This document shows, one piece after another, positions 35,608 through 45,753 of a stretch of 64,000 bases of DNA. The notes beneath the pieces were generated by a model. That model worked only from the letters and a program-made list of their open reading frames with translations. It searched no databases and was not told the DNA's origin. Location: assembly GCA_018646625.1 (NCBI GenBank), contig JABGUJ010000002.1:412843-476842 (forward strand), read 5' to 3'. Each line of letters opens with the position of its first letter. Positions within the stretch are counted from its first letter, which is position 1. The DNA comes from Candidatus Woesearchaeota archaeon. Lineage in GTDB: Archaea > Nanobdellota > Nanobdellia > Woesearchaeales > JABGUJ01. The translations under genes and the position numbers were made by a program.

Positions 35608-36606
35608 ATGAATCTTTCAGAATACAACTACCATTTGCCAAAAGAGTTAATAGCTCAACAACCTGTTAGACCAAGACATAGTTCTAAGATGTTGGTTGTT
35701 AAAGATAAAGTTGAGCATAAGAAATTCTCAGACATTGTAAACTATCTACAAAAAGGTGATGTTCTGGTGGTGAATGAAACAAAAGTTTTGCCTGCAAGAA
35801 TAATTGGTAAAAAGGACGGTACTGGTGGAAAGGTAGATTTGTTGTTGAGTTTTCCAAGAGATGAATATTATGAATGCAAGATAAAGTGCACTAATGCACA
35901 GCCGGGACACAAATTAGTTTTCCCTCATGGATTAAACGGAGAAATAATTGACAAAGAAGGAGAAATTTATCATGTTAAGTTCAACAAAGATGTTGCAAAG
36001 TATATGCAAAAGCATGGAACGTTACCTACACCCCCTTATGTTAAAGAAAAACTGAAGAGAGAAGATCATTATCAAACGTCTTATGCGAAGAAAAAAGGAT
36101 CATTGGCCGCGCCAACTGCAGGGCTGCATTTTTCTAAGAAAGTTTTAGATGAGATTAAGAAAAAAGGAGTTAAAATAGCCAAAGTTTGTTTACATGTTAG
36201 TTTTGGAACGTTTAATCCAATTAAAGAAGATGATTTTAGAAAACATCAAATGGATCCAGAGTATTTTACTGTTGATAAAAAGACTTGCGACGTAATAAAT
36301 AACAGAAAAGGAAGACTAGTTGTTGTCGGTACAACAAGTTTGAAGACTTTGGAGTCATCAGATTATTCAGGAGGACAGATTCAACCAAGCAGTGGATGGT
36401 CTAAACTGTTCGTATATCCAGGACATAGGTTTAAGTGTGAAGCAGAGATCTTAGTTACTAACTTTCATCTTCCAAAATCCACATTGTTGTTGTTTATTAG
36501 CGCATTTGCGGGAAAGAAAAGAGTTTTTGATGCGTATAAAGAAGCAGTCAAAGAACGTTATAGGTTTTTCTCGTTCGGAGATGCCATGCTGCTTTTTAAA
36601 GAATAA
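35608..36606 (+). CDS. queA: S-adenosylmethionine:tRNA ribosyltransferase-isomerase
   Basis: LPKELIAQ.P, N.TKV.PAR, PPY, AAPTAGLHF, TNFHLPKSTL and YRFFSFGDAM motifs. Confidence 0.96.
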   Translation: MNLSEYNYHLPKELIAQQPVRPRHSSKMLVVKDKVEHKKFSDIVNYLQKGDVLVVNETKVLPARIIGKKDGTGGKVDLLLSFPRDEYYECKIKCTNAQPGHKLVFPHGLNGEIIDKEGEIYHVKFNKDVAKYMQKHGTLPTPPYVKEKLKREDHYQTSYAKKKGSLAAPTAGLHFSKKVLDEIKKKGVKIAKVCLHVSFGTFNPIKEDDFRKHQMDPEYFTVDKKTCDVINNRKGRLVVVGTTSLKTLESSDYSGGQIQPSSGWSKLFVYPGHRFKCEAEILVTNFHLPKSTLLLFISAFAGKKRVFDAYKEAVKERYRFFSFGDAMLLFKE

Positions 36607-37124
36607 AGACAACCACAGTATTGTTGACGGTAAAGATCATGTTCTTTGCTTAGCTCGATACTTTTCTTAAAACCATCTTCTTTCTTGAAGTTGGCATTTA
36701 AATGTTCAACACCTGCTTTGTCTGCTTGACGTTTTTCAGTTGCGTTAATTAATTTAGCATCTTTATGAGGACTAATTGTTAGTGTGTTCGAGATTATGTC
36801 GAAGTTATTTTCTTTTGCGAACTTCGCAGCGCACTTCATTCTTGCGTTAAAGCAAATAGTACAACGTTCACCACCTTCTTCATCCTTTTCATGACCCTTG
36901 ATTAGCTCAAACCAGTATTCAGGATCGTACTTGCCCTCTATAAAAGGAATGTCTGAGTCTTTTGCGAACTTTTGTGCAGCTTCTAGTCGTTGTGTATACT
37001 CAGGTCTGGGTTGAATATTAGGATTGTAAAAAAATGCAGTAACATCAAAATCTTCTTTCAGGGTGTTAATTACGTGTGTAGAGCATGGTCCACAACAAAC
37101 GAGCAAAAGTAGCTTTTTTTTCAT
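36558..37124 (-). CDS. queH: Epoxyqueuosine reductase QueH (DUF208)
   Basis: CCGPC, FYNPNI.P..EY, RC..C, ISPHK and YRQQYCGC motifs. Confidence 0.92.
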   Translation of the reverse strand: MKKKLLLLVCCGPCSTHVINTLKEDFDVTAFFYNPNIQPRPEYTQRLEAAQKFAKDSDIPFIEGKYDPEYWFELIKGHEKDEEGGERCTICFNARMKCAAKFAKENNFDIISNTLTISPHKDAKLINATEKRQADKAGVEHLNANFKKEDGFKKSIELSKEHDLYRQQYCGCLYSLKSSMASPNEKNL

Positions 37125-37220
37125 TATTAGAAGGTGTTTTTTTTATTTAAATTCCTTTTGTATAAGCTTTATATATTATTAAACGAAACTTAATTAAATA
37201 GCCCAGAGAAAGCTTGTTCT

Positions 37221-37592
37221 ATGGTAAAAGGTGCATATTTGTTGGTTATGAAACTCAAAGCAAATACTAGAATAAAGATCGGCGCTAAAGGCTTTATTGC
37301 ATTCAAGAAAGGATACTATATTTATGTTGGTTCTGCAATGCAGAATTTGGATAAACGAATCGCCAGACACCATTCTAAGAAAAAGACTATCAGATGGCAT
37401 ATAGATTATTTCTTAAGAAAAGCAGAGATCGTAGATACAATATCTATTGAGTCTAATAAGAAGATTGAATGTCAATTGAGTGCAAGGGTAGGTAATCTTT
37501 GTGATGATAGAGTAAAGGGATTTGGTTGTTCTGATTGTAAATGTCAAAGCCATTTATACTACTTTAAGAAAAAACCCTTTGATTGTAAATGA
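37221..37592 (+). CDS. GIY-YIG (DUF123/Uri) nuclease
   Basis: GAY..YIYVGSA, WHIDY and GFGCSDC.C.SHL motifs. Confidence 0.85.
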   Translation: MVKGAYLLVMKLKANTRIKIGAKGFIAFKKGYYIYVGSAMQNLDKRIARHHSKKKTIRWHIDYFLRKAEIVDTISIESNKKIECQLSARVGNLCDDRVKGFGCSDCKCQSHLYYFKKKPFDCK

Positions 37593-38242
37593 AGCAAGAA
37601 GAAGTTTCTAAAGTTATTAGTATTCTGAAAAAAGAGTATAAGAATTTTAAAGAGCCGATTGTTACTGAGATTTCCATGACGGGGAAACCTTTTCTGGTTT
37701 TGATTTCTACTGTGTTGAGTTTGCGTACTAAAGATGAAACAACAGCTAAAGCATCTTATAGATTATTTGATTTAGCGGATACTCCAGAGAAGATGGTTAA
37801 ATTGTCTTTGCCTCGTATTGAAAAAGCAATTTATCCTGTTGGGTTCTATAAAACTAAAGCTAAAAGTATTATTGAAATTTGTAAAAAGTTAATCTCGGAA
37901 TATAATAGTGAAGTTCCTTCCGATATAGATAAGTTGTTAGAGTTTAAGGGTGTTGGTCGTAAAACTGCAAATTTGGTTATGACTTTAGGTTTTGGTAAGT
38001 TAGGAATATGTGTTGATGTTCATGTGCATCGGATTAGTAATCGTTTAGGTTATATTAAAACAAAAAATCCAGAAGAGACCGAGTTTGCATTACGAGATAA
38101 GTTACCAAAAATATATTGGATTGTGTATAATGATTTACTTGTTGCCTATGGTCAAAATTTGTGTACCCCTGTTAGTCCTCATTGTTCTAAGTGTAAAGTA
38201 AGGCCTTATTGTAGAAGGGTTGGCGTTGAGAAAAGTCGGTAA
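37589..38242 (+). CDS. nth: Endonuclease III
   Basis: HhH motif GVGRKTANL, VDVHVHR and C-terminal 4Fe-4S Cys cluster. Confidence 0.93.
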   Translation: MKQEEVSKVISILKKEYKNFKEPIVTEISMTGKPFLVLISTVLSLRTKDETTAKASYRLFDLADTPEKMVKLSLPRIEKAIYPVGFYKTKAKSIIEICKKLISEYNSEVPSDIDKLLEFKGVGRKTANLVMTLGFGKLGICVDVHVHRISNRLGYIKTKNPEETEFALRDKLPKIYWIVYNDLLVAYGQNLCTPVSPHCSKCKVRPYCRRVGVEKSR

Positions 38243-38342
38243 TTAATTCTAGAATCATATAAGATCCCGCACTAACGCCGTTAAAACGCCAGAATTCGGC
38301 CAAATCAAAGGCTTTAAATAAGGGTTTTTGAGAGTGTAATAT

Positions 38343-41243
38343 ATGGCTGAGTCGGAGCGAATCAAGTATAAAAAGAAACCTAATAGCGAAAGCAGTGTAA
38401 AAAAGATTCTGAATCCGCTAGTTGAGAAATGGTTCTATTCAAGATTTAAAGAATTTTCATTGCCACAGTTGTACGGTATACTTGAGATTCATAGCAGAAA
38501 TAATGTTTTGATAAGTGCGCCAACAGGTGCAACAAAAACTTTGACAGGTTTTATGGCAATATTGAATGAGTTGGTTGATTCATCTGTTAAAGAGATTCTA
38601 GAAGATAAAGTGTATTGTGTTTATGTTTCTCCATTGAAAGCGTTGAATAATGACATTAAGCTAAACTTGATAGAACCATTAGAGCAAATGGAGGAAATAC
38701 ATGGAAGTAAGCTAGGGATAAGAGTTTCTGTTAGAACTGGAGATACCACAACTAAAGAAAGAACAAATATGTTGAAGAATCCTCCGCATATTTTGATAAC
38801 AACTCCAGAGTCTTTAGGAATATTACTTGCATCTCCAAAGTTTAGAGAACATTTGCGCGGAGTACAGTGGTTTATCGCAGATGAGATTCATGCATTAGCA
38901 GAGAACAAAAGAGGAGTACATCTTAATCTTAGTATGGAACGATTAGCTTATTTAAGTGAGCACATGGCGAGAGTAGGTTTGTCCGCAACAGTTGCGCCAT
39001 TAGATGAAGTGGCAAAATATTTAGTCGGAGCTAAAAGAGAATGTAAGATCGTCGATGTTCAGTTCATAAAGCAGATGGATTTACAAGTTATAAGTGCAGT
39101 TCCTGATTTAATAAACATAAGTCACGAAGATATGCATACGGCACTGTATGAGAGAATGCATGAGTTGATTAGTAAACACAAAACTACTTTGGTTTTTACA
39201 AATACTAGAGCAGCAACAGAAAGAGTAGTTGATCACTTGAAGTATAAGTTCCCTAAAGATTATTATGAAAATATTGGCGCGCATCATGGGAGTTTAAGCG
39301 CAGATCATAGAACAAAGTTAGAACAATCATTAAGAGATGGAAAGTTAAAGGTGGTTGTTTGTTCTACCTCGCTAGAGTTGGGAATAGATATAGGTTTTAT
39401 TGATCTGGTTATTTGTTTGGGTTCTCCTAAGTCGGTTGCAAGAGCGTTGCAAAGAATTGGAAGGTCGGGACATCAACTTCATTCAGTTACTAAAGGCAGA
39501 ATCATTGTGATGGATAGAGATGATCTGATAGAATGTTCTGTTTTGTTGAAGGCAGCAGTAGAGAAAAAGATTGATAGAATACACTTGCCAAAGAATGCAT
39601 TAGATGTTCTGGCACAGCACATTTACGGAATGGCCATTGAACAAGTATGGGAGGAAAAAGAGTTGTTTAAAGTTATTAAGAAAAGTTATTGTTATTCTAA
39701 TTTGAGTTTAAAAGATTTTAATGAAGTTTTATCGTATTTGGCTGGAGAGTTTACTTCACTAGAAGATCGTCATGTATATGCCAAGATCTGGAGAGAGAAT
39801 GGAAAATTAGGCAAGAGAGGGAGGCTGGCCAGAGTTATCTACATGACTAACATTGGTACAATCCCTGATAGAACTGGTATAATTGTTAAAATGGGCACCA
39901 TACCTGTGGGAACATTAGATGAAGGGTTTTTGGAAAGGCTAAGGCCAGGAGATGTTTTTATTCTAGGAGGAAATACTTATACTTTCAGACATGCAAAAGG
40001 AATGGTTGCGTTTGTACAAGCATCAGCTAATCGTCCACCGACAGTTCCGTCATGGGTTTCAGAAATGTTGCCATTAAGTTTTGATTTATCTATGCAGATC
40101 GGAAAGTTTAGAAGATTTATTGAAGATAAATTCAAGAAACACGTTAGCAAAAAAGAAATTTTGAAATTTATTAACGAATATTTGTATGTAGATAAGAATT
40201 CAGCATTGGCTATATATGCATATTTCTTCGAGCAATATGGATATTTAGGAGAAATTCCAGGTGACAAAAAGATTATTTTGGAACATTATACTGATGAGGA
40301 AGGAAAAAGAAAGGTTGTGTTCCATTCTTTGTTTGGTAGAAGAGTTAATGATGTTTTGTCTAGAGCAGTCGCGTATTCCATTTCTCGAAGTCAGCATAAG
40401 GATGTAGAGATTGGGTTGAATGATAATGGGTTCTACATAGGTATAGGTAAAGGTGTTCAGGTAAGTAAAGCTATGAAGCTGATTAAAGCTAAAGAGCTAA
40501 GAAAAGTAATGGAAAATGCTATTGAGGATTCAGAAGTTCTACGTCGACGATTTAGACATTGTGCAGGCAGAGCTTTAATGATTCTTAGAAATTATATGGG
40601 TCGAAAGAAAAGAGTTGGAAGGCAGCAAGTTAGTTCATTGATATTATTAAGCGCAGTTAAAAGAATTTCATCAGAGTTTTCCATATTGCGTGAAGCGCGT
40701 CGTGAAGTTTTAGAAGATCAAATGGATATCGAGAATGCAACTGTGGTGATGAAGGGTATAGAAGAAGGAAAAATAAAATTAGTCGAAGTTGACACTCAGA
40801 TTCCGTCACCGTTTGCTTTTAAGATCGCTTTGCAGGGTGTGATGGATATTGTAAAGATGGAAGATAGAATGGAGTTTTTGCAGAGAATGCATCAAATGGT
40901 TTTAGCCAAGATTCTTCTTAATAAAAATAATAAGAAAAGTAAAAGCTATGTAGATATTGAAGAGTTTTCTTATCAAAGATTCTGGAATGAAGAGAAAGAG
41001 AAAATAGAGAAAGAAAAAGAAGAGAAGGAAGATGAATTAAAGCAGATGTTGTTCGATGTGAGCAAGAAAATTAATCTAGATGCCAAGATTGTTTACAATA
41101 TTAAGAATTTGATTGAAGGAGATGTTAAGTTTAAGCAAAGCTTTGTTGACTGGCTAGGTGGTCTGTTGGAGCCTCCTATAAATGAAGAATGGCCGGTGAA
41201 GTTGATTAACTTTCTATCACAAGCCAGAGAAAGGATTAAATAG
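38343..41243 (+). CDS. lhr: Lhr-family ATP-dependent helicase
   Basis: SPLKAL, TTPESL, DEIH, LSAT, HHGSLS, SLELGID and QRIGRSGH motifs. Confidence 0.93.
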   Translation: MAESERIKYKKKPNSESSVKKILNPLVEKWFYSRFKEFSLPQLYGILEIHSRNNVLISAPTGATKTLTGFMAILNELVDSSVKEILEDKVYCVYVSPLKALNNDIKLNLIEPLEQMEEIHGSKLGIRVSVRTGDTTTKERTNMLKNPPHILITTPESLGILLASPKFREHLRGVQWFIADEIHALAENKRGVHLNLSMERLAYLSEHMARVGLSATVAPLDEVAKYLVGAKRECKIVDVQFIKQMDLQVISAVPDLINISHEDMHTALYERMHELISKHKTTLVFTNTRAATERVVDHLKYKFPKDYYENIGAHHGSLSADHRTKLEQSLRDGKLKVVVCSTSLELGIDIGFIDLVICLGSPKSVARALQRIGRSGHQLHSVTKGRIIVMDRDDLIECSVLLKAAVEKKIDRIHLPKNALDVLAQHIYGMAIEQVWEEKELFKVIKKSYCYSNLSLKDFNEVLSYLAGEFTSLEDRHVYAKIWRENGKLGKRGRLARVIYMTNIGTIPDRTGIIVKMGTIPVGTLDEGFLERLRPGDVFILGGNTYTFRHAKGMVAFVQASANRPPTVPSWVSEMLPLSFDLSMQIGKFRRFIEDKFKKHVSKKEILKFINEYLYVDKNSALAIYAYFFEQYGYLGEIPGDKKIILEHYTDEEGKRKVVFHSLFGRRVNDVLSRAVAYSISRSQHKDVEIGLNDNGFYIGIGKGVQVSKAMKLIKAKELRKVMENAIEDSEVLRRRFRHCAGRALMILRNYMGRKKRVGRQQVSSLILLSAVKRISSEFSILREARREVLEDQMDIENATVVMKGIEEGKIKLVEVDTQIPSPFAFKIALQGVMDIVKMEDRMEFLQRMHQMVLAKILLNKNNKKSKSYVDIEEFSYQRFWNEEKEKIEKEKEEKEDELKQMLFDVSKKINLDAKIVYNIKNLIEGDVKFKQSFVDWLGGLLEPPINEEWPVKLINFLSQARERIK

Positions 41244-41276
41244 TGCTCTTTCTTTATGTCCTATTGAGGTGAAATT

Positions 41277-41540
41277 ATGGCTAAAAAATCTTTTGCAAAA
41301 CTTGACCCAAAGGCTTTTGGTCTTTCTTGTGGTATAATTGGAGCAGTAATGTTATTTTTAATGACTTTATTTGCAGTATTTGGAGTTGACTACGGACTAG
41401 CATTCTTGAAAATGGTGGAATCAGTCTATCCAGGATATGCAATATCAGGTCTAGGTGTTATTGTTGGAACAGTATACGGCTTCTTAGACGGCTTTATTGG
41501 CGGCTATATCTTTGCATGGCTTTACAATAAGTTAGCATAA
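41277..41540 (+). CDS. Small membrane protein (holin-like family)
   Basis: Hydrophobic; YPGY and GFLDGFIGG..FAWLYN motifs. Confidence 0.65.
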   Translation: MAKKSFAKLDPKAFGLSCGIIGAVMLFLMTLFAVFGVDYGLAFLKMVESVYPGYAISGLGVIVGTVYGFLDGFIGGYIFAWLYNKLA

Positions 41541-41571
41541 CTTTTTATTTCATTTCTTTTTCTATTGTTTT

Positions 41572-42291
41572 ATGGAAGTAGTTTCTAACATAAAAGTACT
41601 GGATTTGTGTTTGTACTTAGAGGATGAAAAGATTTTGGTAGTCTCTGATGTACATATGGGGTATGAGGAGGCATTGAATAAAGGTGGAGTGTTGATACCG
41701 AGGCACCAGTTTAGAGAAACAATGGAAAGGTTGAAGAAAACTTTGACCTTTGTAAAGCCTGAGACCATTATTCTAAATGGCGATGTGAAACATGAGTTTG
41801 GCACGATATCTGAGACAGAGTGGAGACACACTATTAAGTTGATAGACTATTTGGCAAAACATTGTAAAAAGCTTGTTCTGTTGAGAGGAAATCACGATAA
41901 AAGTTTGGGTCCTATTGCGAAGAAGAGAAATATTGAGATGATGGATGAGTTCTTAGTTGGAGATACTTTGATTAGTCATGGAGATCACGTTCCCGATGTT
42001 GCAACTTTGAAAGATGTTAAAACAATAATTATAGGTCATGAGCATCCCGCAGTTTCTATTTCAGATTATCCTAGAGTCGAGAAGTTTAAGTGTTTTTTAG
42101 TAGGTAAGTGGAAAAGAAAAAACTTGGTAGTAATGCCGTCGTATAATCTTGTTACTGAAGGAACAGACGTGGTTTCTGATAGATTGCTGAGTCCTTTTTT
42201 AGATGGAAATTTGGATAAGTTTAGAGTTGTAATTGTGAGTGATTCAGTTTATGACTTTGGAACTTTGAAAGATGTAAAGAAGCTGTGCTAA
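41572..42291 (+). CDS. Lhr-associated metallophosphoesterase
   Basis: SDVHMG, NGDVKH, GNHD, HGD and GHEHP motifs. Confidence 0.9.
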   Translation: MEVVSNIKVLDLCLYLEDEKILVVSDVHMGYEEALNKGGVLIPRHQFRETMERLKKTLTFVKPETIILNGDVKHEFGTISETEWRHTIKLIDYLAKHCKKLVLLRGNHDKSLGPIAKKRNIEMMDEFLVGDTLISHGDHVPDVATLKDVKTIIIGHEHPAVSISDYPRVEKFKCFLVGKWKRKNLVVMPSYNLVTEGTDVVSDRLLSPFLDGNLDKFRVVIVSDSVYDFGTLKDVKKLC

Positions 42292-42329
42292 AGACAAGGT
42301 TTAAATATCTGGAATTGCAAGGAATTGGT

Positions 42330-42896
42330 ATGAAGAAAGGACTTAAGATATTATTATTATCTGATACTTGGGCGACCTTGGCCTTGGGTATGATTGGTCC
42401 CATCTATGCTATTTTTGTTGCAGATATCGGAGGAGATATTCTAGATGCTTCTTGGGCATACTTTGCGTTTATGATAACTTCCGGTGTGGTGATGTATTTT
42501 ATCAGTCACTGGGAAGATAAAGTCAAGCATAAGAATAGATTAATTACATTGGGTTATTCTTTGACCGCTCTTGGGTGTTTGTCGTATATCTTTGTTGATA
42601 GTCAGTTGACTTTGGTGATTACCCAAATGATTCTTGGAGTGGCAGAAGCAGTTCAAGTTCCTGCGTATGATGCAATGTATTCTAGTTATTTGAGGAAGCA
42701 TAAAGCAGCATCAGAATGGGGTAACTGGGAGGCAATGCAATACATTGTAACGGCGATAGCGGCATTAGCTGGCGGTTATTTAGCTAAATCTCTAGGTTTT
42801 AAGGCACTGTTTGTTGCTATGTTTATTTTCTCTTTGTTTAGCGTGTTTACCTCTTTAGGAATGTTTAAGAATAGCAAGTATTTGCGTTCACAATAA
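42330..42896 (+). CDS. Half-size MFS-like membrane protein
   Basis: About 6 TM segments; probable start at ATG 42330. Confidence 0.7.
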   Translation: MKKGLKILLLSDTWATLALGMIGPIYAIFVADIGGDILDASWAYFAFMITSGVVMYFISHWEDKVKHKNRLITLGYSLTALGCLSYIFVDSQLTLVITQMILGVAEAVQVPAYDAMYSSYLRKHKAASEWGNWEAMQYIVTAIAALAGGYLAKSLGFKALFVAMFIFSLFSVFTSLGMFKNSKYLRSQ

Positions 42897-42898
42897 GT

Positions 42899-44068
42899 AT
42901 GAAAATTAACTATTACAAGAATATTCCTTTATTGTATATCTATAGCATTCTGATAAAAAGAGTTTCTATGCCGATTATCATCATCTATTTTCTTCTCAAT
43001 CGCCTAAATTTCACAGAAATTGGAATCTTAACAGCGACCATTGCAATAATCCACGTTAGTTTAGAAGTTCATGGAGGGGTGTTTGCAGATCTGAAAGGAA
43101 ATAGATTATCATTGATGATTCACTCAGTGTTTGCAGCTCTTTGCATGTTATTTTATCTGATTGGAGACTCTTTTTGGTATTTCTTTGTAGCTAGCGTATG
43201 TTATGGTGTGTCTGGGGCGTTCATTAGCGGTTCAAGAAATGCGTTAATGTTTGAGACGTTGCAGAAATTAAAAAGGACTTCCGAGTTTAAGAAATTTAAT
43301 GGAAGAATGTTGTTGATTTCTCATTTGGTTAATGCAGTTGTTTTGTTGCTCATACCATTCGTTTTTGATTATAATCCAAAGTATCCATTTGTTATCGGTA
43401 TCGGGTTCTTCATAGGGTCATTTATTGTTGCAGCATTGTTTGTTGAACCTAGAAAGACTGTTAAGAAAAGTTCTAGTAAAGAGTTCAATAAAAATATTAT
43501 TAAGTCTCTAAAGATTGTGGCTAATGAACGAGAAATCTTTTCTGTAATCTTGTTGACTACAGTTATTGCAGCATTTACTCATGTTGGTGCTAATTATATT
43601 CAACCACTGCTGACAATTGCAGGATTGCCTGTGATTTACTTTGGTGTGGTTTATGCATTAATGCGTGCAGCTATGGGCTTGGGTGCTGCTTTAACTCATA
43701 GATTAGAGAGATGGTTCTCCGCAGAGTCGATAATATTACTTGTAATATTTCTAATGTCTGCAGCGTTTGCAGGATATTTGTTAGGTTTCGGATTAATAAT
43801 TCCTTTTTGTGTATTGTTGATTAACTTGGCTTTTGGATTAAATCGGATAGTGCTAGAAGATAAACTTAATCAGAGTGTTAAATCTAACAGAACAACAATA
43901 TTATCAATATCTAGTTTGATTCAAACATTGTTCAGAGCAGTTTTGATATTCTTTTCAGGTATTTTGGCAGATTATTTTGGAGTACAAGGTCTGTTCTTTT
44001 TCGTGTTGATCGGTTTTCTAGTATTTGCGTTTGCAGCAGTAAGATATTCTCGAAAGGTTTATATTTAG
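42899..44068 (+). CDS. MFS transporter
   Basis: About 12 TM segments; EVHGGVFADLKG motif A variant. Confidence 0.85.
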   Translation: MKINYYKNIPLLYIYSILIKRVSMPIIIIYFLLNRLNFTEIGILTATIAIIHVSLEVHGGVFADLKGNRLSLMIHSVFAALCMLFYLIGDSFWYFFVASVCYGVSGAFISGSRNALMFETLQKLKRTSEFKKFNGRMLLISHLVNAVVLLLIPFVFDYNPKYPFVIGIGFFIGSFIVAALFVEPRKTVKKSSSKEFNKNIIKSLKIVANEREIFSVILLTTVIAAFTHVGANYIQPLLTIAGLPVIYFGVVYALMRAAMGLGAALTHRLERWFSAESIILLVIFLMSAAFAGYLLGFGLIIPFCVLLINLAFGLNRIVLEDKLNQSVKSNRTTILSISSLIQTLFRAVLIFFSGILADYFGVQGLFFFVLIGFLVFAFAAVRYSRKVYI

Positions 44069-44087
44069 ATTTAGGGAGGGTGATTGT

Positions 44088-44653
44088 ATGAGACTAATCC
44101 TAACAAGACATGGACAAACTGAAGAGAATGTAAAGAGAATTCTACAAGGTCATATGCCTGGTAAGTTGACTCCTTTAGGTATAGAGCAAGCTAAGAAGTT
44201 GGCTTCGAGATTAAAGGATGAAAATATTGATGCAATTTATTCTAGTGACCTAGCAAGAACAGCAGATACTACTAAAGAGATTGCCAAGTTTCATCCAGAC
44301 GTTCCTGTGTTTTATGTAGCAGAGTTGAGAGAGGGAGATCTGGGAGAGTATGCGGGTATGTCTGTTGATAAAATGGATTGGACCGTCCAGAAGGTATTGA
44401 AAGTCGAGCGAACATGTTGGCCAGAGCAAAGAAAATCTTAGATGAAGCATATTCTAAGTATAAAGATGGTTCGGTGTTGTTTGCGGCACATAACGGCATT
44501 AATCTGGCGTTGATAACTGCAATCCAGAATAAAACTCCTGATGAAATGGAAGATGTTACTTCTCAGAAGAATACTGCAATAAGTATATTTGAGATAAAAG
44601 AAGATAATAATCACAAAATAATCTTAGAGAATTGTTATAAACATTTAGAATAA
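44088..44653 (+). pseudogene. Histidine phosphatase (PGM family) split by a frameshift near 44380
   Basis: RHGQT and SSDL.R in one frame; ES...R and AHNG in another frame. Confidence 0.75.
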
Positions 44654-45625
44654 TCATTCAAATACTATATCTCGACAAGGAAATACATAATCTCCACCCA
44701 TGATGGCAGTATCCACATCCATTATTTCGTCGGGAAAATGTTCTTTTATTTCATTCAGAATTTCAGTGTATTTCAGATAGTTTTCCACCATTATTTCTAG
44801 CTCAATTTCCCAAGGGCCTACTTGTTTTACGACGTGCAGAATATTTGGGTGACTAAGAAGATAATTCACCATTTTTTTCTCTTGGTCAGGATCTATTTGG
44901 GATAGATAAAGAAATGTTTTAAAGAATTCCATACCAATCTTATTATGATCAATTGTTGCTTTGTAGCAAACGATCACGCCTGTGTTTTCTAACCTCTTAA
45001 GTCTGGTTCGAACCATGTCAACAGTCGATTTTGTTTGTCTTGCCATTTCTACAATTGAGATTCGGGCATTCTTGAATAAAAGTCGCAACATGGAATATTC
45101 TATATAATCTAATTGGTTCTTTGCAGGGTTGAGAAAGAAATGAGTACGTTTATGTTTTTTCTGATCTAACAGAAAACCTTTGGGAGAAATAACAACTTCA
45201 GCCACAACTGCTGTTTTCTTTGAAAGAATAATATCTCTAAACTTGTAAAATGATTTGTGTTGAAACTCGTAGAAGTCTGTGTTGTTTTTTGCAAAGAATG
45301 TAATTCCTAAATCCCAAGCACCATCTGCAACCCCTAACCAGAATACACTTTTTTCTTTTTTGATATAATCAATAAACTCTTTTCTTCGTTTTGGTTTGTT
45401 TGCAACTTTAAGATAAATCTTGTATACTTGATAACCAACTTTAGTAGGATCAATCCATGCATGATAACCAGTTATGATTTTCTTTTGTTCTAACTGTTTG
45501 ATTCTATATCTTATGGAGGCTTTCGAACGATTCACCATTTTAGCCAGCTTAGTCTCTGGAATTCTAGCATAATCATCCATCTCAAATAAAATCCTTTTAT
45601 CAATTTTGTCTATATTGAAAGCCAT
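44654..45625 (-). CDS. Lrp/AsnC regulator (duplicated HTH-AsnC)
   Basis: Two HTH units (DKIDKRIL..ARIPETKLAK; DYIEYSML..NARISIVEMA). Confidence 0.85.
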   Translation of the reverse strand: MAFNIDKIDKRILFEMDDYARIPETKLAKMVNRSKASIRYRIKQLEQKKIITGYHAWIDPTKVGYQVYKIYLKVANKPKRRKEFIDYIKKEKSVFWLGVADGAWDLGITFFAKNNTDFYEFQHKSFYKFRDIILSKKTAVVAEVVISPKGFLLDQKKHKRTHFFLNPAKNQLDYIEYSMLRLLFKNARISIVEMARQTKSTVDMVRTRLKRLENTGVIVCYKATIDHNKIGMEFFKTFLYLSQIDPDQEKKMVNYLLSHPNILHVVKQVGPWEIELEIMVENYLKYTEILNEIKEHFPDEIMDVDTAIMGGDYVFPCRDIVFE

Positions 45626-45753
45626 AATTAATCAATAAATGGTTTTAATTTATAAATGTAGCCATTTATGTGTGAAAAACTAAAGATTAGTTTAATATAG
45701 ATTATCGCCTAATCATTACCTATCAATGACAAACGAGGAGGTAGGTTTGAAAA

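Noticed and set aside
42003..42276. Repeat AACTTTGAAAGATGT (TLKDV twice) in the phosphoesterase
   Set aside because: Short intragenic repeat with no structural implication
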